From NCBI RefSeq assembly GCF_009914755.1, contig NC_060926.1: a DNA stretch of 64,000 bases; one strand, given 5' to 3'. The translations under genes and the position numbers were made by a program. The notes under the pieces are model-generated. The model saw only the letters and a list, made by a program, of their open reading frames with translations. It was not told the origin of the DNA and ran no database searches. Source of the DNA: the human T2T-CHM13v2.0 reference genome, Homo sapiens. Every line of letters begins with the position of its first letter. Positions within the stretch are counted from its first letter, which is position 1. Below are positions 59,228-64,000 of the stretch, piece after piece.

Positions 59228-59649
59228 TGTGGTGCTGCACCCAGGCCCCTCGGATGGGGCACTGCATTTTCCTGGAGCTGGGGTTGCAGTGGTATGGGAG
59301 ATTGGCTGCTGGCTGCTCACAGCTACATTCTCTTCTAGGAACTGACCTTGGCCAAAGGAATCTGCCTTGCCCAAGGTCATGCCTCCTTCCTGGGAACAGT
59401 TGGTACCCTGAGAACGGTCAGTGCCAGTGTGCAAAATCCAGGCCCCTTCATTCAGGATGTCTCTAAAGGGCATCCTGGCCCAGCACTCCCTGTGGGATGG
59501 GCTGAGGCCTCTGCTGCAGCCACGTTGCAGCTCAACTTCTCCCTCCGCTGAATGCCACCTTCATTTCCCACAGCACTGTTCCCCAGTGCACTCCCCCAGA
59601 CCTCCTCAAGAGACTCAGGGACTATTTCCAAGGACCCTGACCTATGACA
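59228..59649 (+). mobile_element. ERVL solo LTR (LTR16-like)
   Basis: tgtggtgctgcacccagg...ctgccttgcccaaggtcatgcc...gatgggctgaggcctctgctgca...cctgacctatgaca. Confidence 0.7.
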
Positions 59650-62600
59650 ATGACTCAGTGTACACACCCTATACCCAAGCCCCATCGTGGTCATTGCCAC
59701 ATCCTCCACAACCCAAGAAATTAGACAAAACAGGTAAAATTCGACTTCTCTCTGGCCAACAAGACCACGTTAAAATAAAACACACTTGAATTGAATTTGG
59801 AGTTATTTGAAATTAGAGCTAGCTAAAGGTATCTGGACTGAGATGGTTAGAGAGGGCAGGTTGAAGACAGATGTTTTCTCTCCTCTCCTTCTAGAAACCC
59901 CAATAAAATAACAGGGAAGGAACACACAATATGTAAACAGGCAATCAATGAGAAGAATCACTAGCAGAAAAGATCTTTCAACAAAACCCTTGGAGAAGGA
60001 AAGCAGAGATGGTGAGGCATGAAAGCTGCAGGACGGCCTGTTTGCCAAAGGTCTGGGGGCGATGGGGGCCCGTGAACCCTGAAGACTCTAGAGGGAGGTT
60101 GGGGCAGGGACTGCAGACAGACAGAGTGACAGGTATGATGGGTCTGTTGGAAACTTTTTCTTTACAGGTTTTCCAGACCTATTTAACTTTTAAAGCCATT
60201 TGCTTGTACTCCACAGCTTAATAACAATTGAAAAGCATTTTAAATAGGAAAAGATAATTTTGAAGAGAATCAAATAAAGTCTCAAACAAAAGCCATAGGA
60301 AAGAATTGCAGTGAAGGGGGGTGAGGTAAGAGTTTTCTGGACCTTTGATCTTTCTCTCACCTCCTGTGGGGATTCCTAGACAGCTCTGTGGAGACCCCAG
60401 GGATAAAAGTTTGAAAACCACAGTGCAAAGCAAAGGACTAGAGAATTCATCTTCTTGGAAGCAGCTGTGTCCCCTTTGGAAAGCGTGGGTTATATTCCCC
60501 AGCACTCGGTTGGGCGTTGTACATGGAATTAGCTGGACTGTCATTTCAGTGGCTCTCAAATCTCTTTCTTATCAGAAACCAGAGGCATTAGGGCTTCAAT
60601 GAAACAGAAAGGGACATCCTAAAAGAGCTTATGGACGTGGAGAGCCCTGAGAGCCTTGTGGGGTTTGTCACATTCATGAGCATTCTTCAGCACCGGGGAA
60701 AGGGGTCTAGATGACTTAGGAAGGCAAAGGCCCTGGGAATGCTTCAGAAGGGGGGCTCTTGGCAGGGTTCTCATTCTAGGCCTCCCACCACCTGTGCGGG
60801 GCTGCCACAGAGAAGGTGCAGGTAGAAGTATAATGCGGAAGGAAGACATTTTAAAGAAGAGGTCTCAATGGTGATAAGGGGCAGAAGTGAGTTAGTGTGC
60901 ACCAAAGTATGAATGATCTGGAATGATTTGGAACATACTCTGTCCAGGCAATTGAGGAGCTGCGAGAATGTCTGTGTTTCACCCAGGAGAGCCTGTGGGA
61001 AAGCAGGTGGCACTCCCATCTAGGGTGCCGTCGCCTGCATCCAGGCCGGGGTGCAGAGAGGTTGCTTGAGTGGAAAAGTGAGAGTAGAGACGCTGTAAGA
61101 TTAAGGGAGCAGAGAAGTCCATTCCCTTAGTTAATGGCATTCCAAGCAACCATCATGCACGGCTTTCTCATAGCATTGTTCTAAAGACACTATAAAGGTT
61201 TGGCGAAACAGGCTAAAAATGGCCATTTATGGTCAGGAGAAATCAAGGCTCCAGGCTCCAGTGGTGGTGACTGTCCAGGTTCTGCTGATAGTTCGTGCCT
61301 CCCTGCCTCTGTCTTATACTGGGCTTTCACACTGTGGATTTCATTCAGGCTTCATGCACCCAGCGAGGTCGGCCCAGCAGGTGGGCTCGTGTTGCAGGGA
61401 TGCAGGCAGAGATTCCGGGACCTGGAGGGCTTTGCTAGTCAATGGCAGCAGCAGATGTTGAAGCCAAGGTCTCTTCTGCTGCTGCCAGGTCCCAGTGCCA
61501 CATTCTCCAGTAGGGAACACACCTCAGGCCTGGGGGGGTGCATCCCTACCCACCACCCCCAAGTTGCCAATGATGCACGTGCTTACCTGGCCTTATGCAG
61601 TCCTTCCGCCACAAGCTGCCTGTCTTCCACCTGCTTAATCTCCACCTCCTGCCACAAGCTCTGCCCCCAGCCCGGGCTCCCACTTCCCCCTATTTTTCGA
61701 TTGTCTACCTCTTTGCCTGACCCCAGCACTGACCTTATCAAAACTTACCTATTCTCTGTCCTTTTCTTTTCATTACTGTTTCCAAAGGTCTCAGCCAGGT
61801 CATAGGATGAACTAAAATGTGTGAAACCCCTCCAGGAAAGATGTATTTGTTCTGACTGTATTTTATGTGGACGATGGCTTAGCCCAGGGCAAAAGCCTCA
61901 TAGTGGCAGAAGACACTTGAGCAATGAGATGTTCCCTGTGCTTCCTTGGTTTGTTTCCTCAGGAATGTTCAGAGATAGCTTCCTGGAGGGTTACTCTTAC
62001 GTGTCTGTCTATGGTTTGGAGCTTGCTGAAACCTAGGTTTATCCTGAAAACTGCAGAGAGCTAGCTGTGGTGAACATTCTTGTTTAAGTCCTGGAACAAT
62101 TTGTTCTACTGCATGGTTACCAGCATCTTCGTGGCTTTTTTTTTTTTTTTTTTTTTGGATGGGGGGTTGCGGGGGAGCAGGTCTGATTTGAGTTACTGGC
62201 AGAGTTGTTAGAGGTCAGGATACATGGATGGTTCCTTCAGCCTCTGCACTCCCATTCATCCTCATCCAGCTGTCAGATCCCCATAATTTCCACATTGTCT
62301 TCCTAGATGCTCAGCATTTCATTAAAGTAGCCAATCACAGCATGCTCCATCTTCCTCAGGAGCTGGAGCATGAACGCATTAAAAGCCATCACTCTGAATA
62401 TTCCACGCTACAGACTTTGTGTAATAAATACAGTGTGGAATGCAGGTGGGAATTTCCTGACTGTGTGCTGGCATACTCCGTGGTCTCACTGTCCCTGCGC
62501 ACACTTTCCCAGGCCTGGTCCCTCCATTTCTTGAAGTAAAGCACAGCCCTTTGCTCCATCGTCAGGGGCAGCAGCTGGGTCTTCCCCTCAGTGAGGCATA

Positions 62601-62842
62601 CCTTAATCTGCAGACATCAAGAGGCGTACAGAACCCCAGTGCTGGGAAGACCTTGGATCTGTGCTCAAGATCACACAGTCGAAACGGAGACATGGAGAAG
62701 ATCCCAGTTCTGGTGTGTCAGAGGACTTCTCCGGCTCCTGGAAACCCATGGTTGTCAGGACCCATCACTGGAAATCTTTTTAAAAAATTAATTCACTTGT
62801 GATTCAAGTTCCTAATATTCTCCATTTGACTGTGTTCTGGGT

Positions 62843-63155
62843 CAGTGGTTCTCAGCCTTGACTGCCTACTAGAATTACCTGGCGTTCTTTTTAAAACTCT
62901 GAATGTCTTAGCCCCATTTCAGCACCAGCTGGGAACTTGTGGAAATGCAGACTCTCAGGCCCTACCTTAGAACTCCTGAATCAGAGGCTCTGATAGGGTC
63001 CAACAATCTGTGTTTTCACAAGCCCTCCAGATGATTCTAACACCCACTCAGGTTTCAGAACCTACCCCCACCTCAGAACAATCAATTCAGAGTATCTGGG
63101 GTGGGGAGTTAAAAGCTCCCCAGCTGATCCTCAAGTTCAGTGAAGGCTGAGCTGG
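62843..63155. mobile_element. MER5A fragment nested in a MER5B-like MITE
   Basis: cagtggttctcagccttgactg... interrupted by ctgggaacttgtggaaatgcagactctcaggccc...ttttcacaagccctccagatgattct. Confidence 0.65.
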
Positions 63156-63259
63156 GGATAACCCTGCCTGGAAAGAAGGAGCTACTGGAAGTCAGAGAAA
63201 GGGGAATCATCAGGTGTGAGAGATGGGAAAGGGAGAAATGGGAGGAAGCAGAGGAAATC

Positions 63260-63787
63260 AGTAAGTTGTTTTAAAAACTACTTGGGATTTTGTTTCAATC
63301 ACATATAGTAAAACATGACAGACATGGAGGAAACGTCCTTGAAAGAAGAGTTTATTACAGTTCCCTAGAGCAGGGGGCAGGGCATACCATGGGGTCACAG
63401 GAGGAAGCACTGGAGTCAGGGAGCAGAAGGGGTAAGGAGAAGCAAGGGGCAGAATCTTTCTTGTGGTTTTCATGGGAAGGAATGGATAAGGCAGGGTAGG
63501 TATGCCAAGCAAGCTTAGAATTGCAGGTCTGAACAATTTCAGCACACCCTGAGCCATAGGGATAGGCTCTAGGTGTCTGGTATCTGACCATGGGGTGATC
63601 TGGGGGAAGGGGGGAATATGGGCTCTGGATTGGTTGATTTGCACACCAAAGTTATGCTGGGCGCAAGTTGGTTGTTGTTGCTGGGAATTAGCTAACCCTG
63701 AGAGGGATAGTTCTTCCAAGCTCCACAAAGCCCCAAGATATAAGAGTATAAAACATAAAATTAAAAAAAAAAAACATGATTAATACA
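63260..63787 (-). mobile_element. ERVL solo LTR (MER74-like)
   Basis: Reverse complement starts tgtattaatcatgtttttt...atcttggggc...caaccaatccagagcccata, matching my recall of the MER74 5' end. Confidence 0.75.
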
Positions 63788-63789
63788 GA

Positions 63790-63970
63790 ATTTAAGTCAC
63801 TCAGATCCAGGTTTGCCTCTCAGTCCTGCTACTTACCAGCCATTCAAACTTGACTTCTTCCTCTCTAAAATGGGGATAATAGCACCTACATAATTTCTAC
63901 ATAGGGTTTATAGAAATTATACGAGATGATGGACCACAATGTCTGGCTCAACTGACAAATGTTTAATAGA
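63790..63970 (+). mobile_element. MIR fragment
   Basis: ctgctacttaccagc...ttcctctctaaaatggggataatagcacctac. Confidence 0.75.
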
Positions 63971-64000
63971 TGTGATGATAATAAAAATGCACAACAGAAC

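Noticed and set aside
61200-61805. 201-aa ORF (also 2957-3535 and 33828-34400)
   Set aside because: No recognisable domain, non-ATG or weak starts, composition typical of chance ORFs in GC-moderate DNA

Overview
Primate (human-like) non-coding genomic DNA: no protein-coding gene, CpG island, rRNA, tRNA or CRISPR array is supportable. A large part of the window is interspersed repeats: about 18 Alus, L1 fragments of several ages (including a young 5'-truncated L1PA2-type insertion whose ORF2 C-terminus is still open), a HAL1 remnant, MaLR/ERVL/ERV1 solo LTRs, hAT MITEs (MER3/5/20/63) and MIR/L2. Many are nested, with visible target-site duplications. Repeat subfamily names come from my recall of consensus sequences, not from a RepeatMasker run. 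Structure not explained by repeat families includes two dispersed ~230-245 bp local direct duplications (45282/48225 and 54844/56449), one carrying an 82-bp perfectly identical tract. It also includes an apparent ancient L1 3' transduction, a (GGAA)16 microsatellite, several motif-dense candidate regulatory elements and candidate non-coding exons. I found no evidence of a new protein-coding system; the locus could not be identified from sequence alone.
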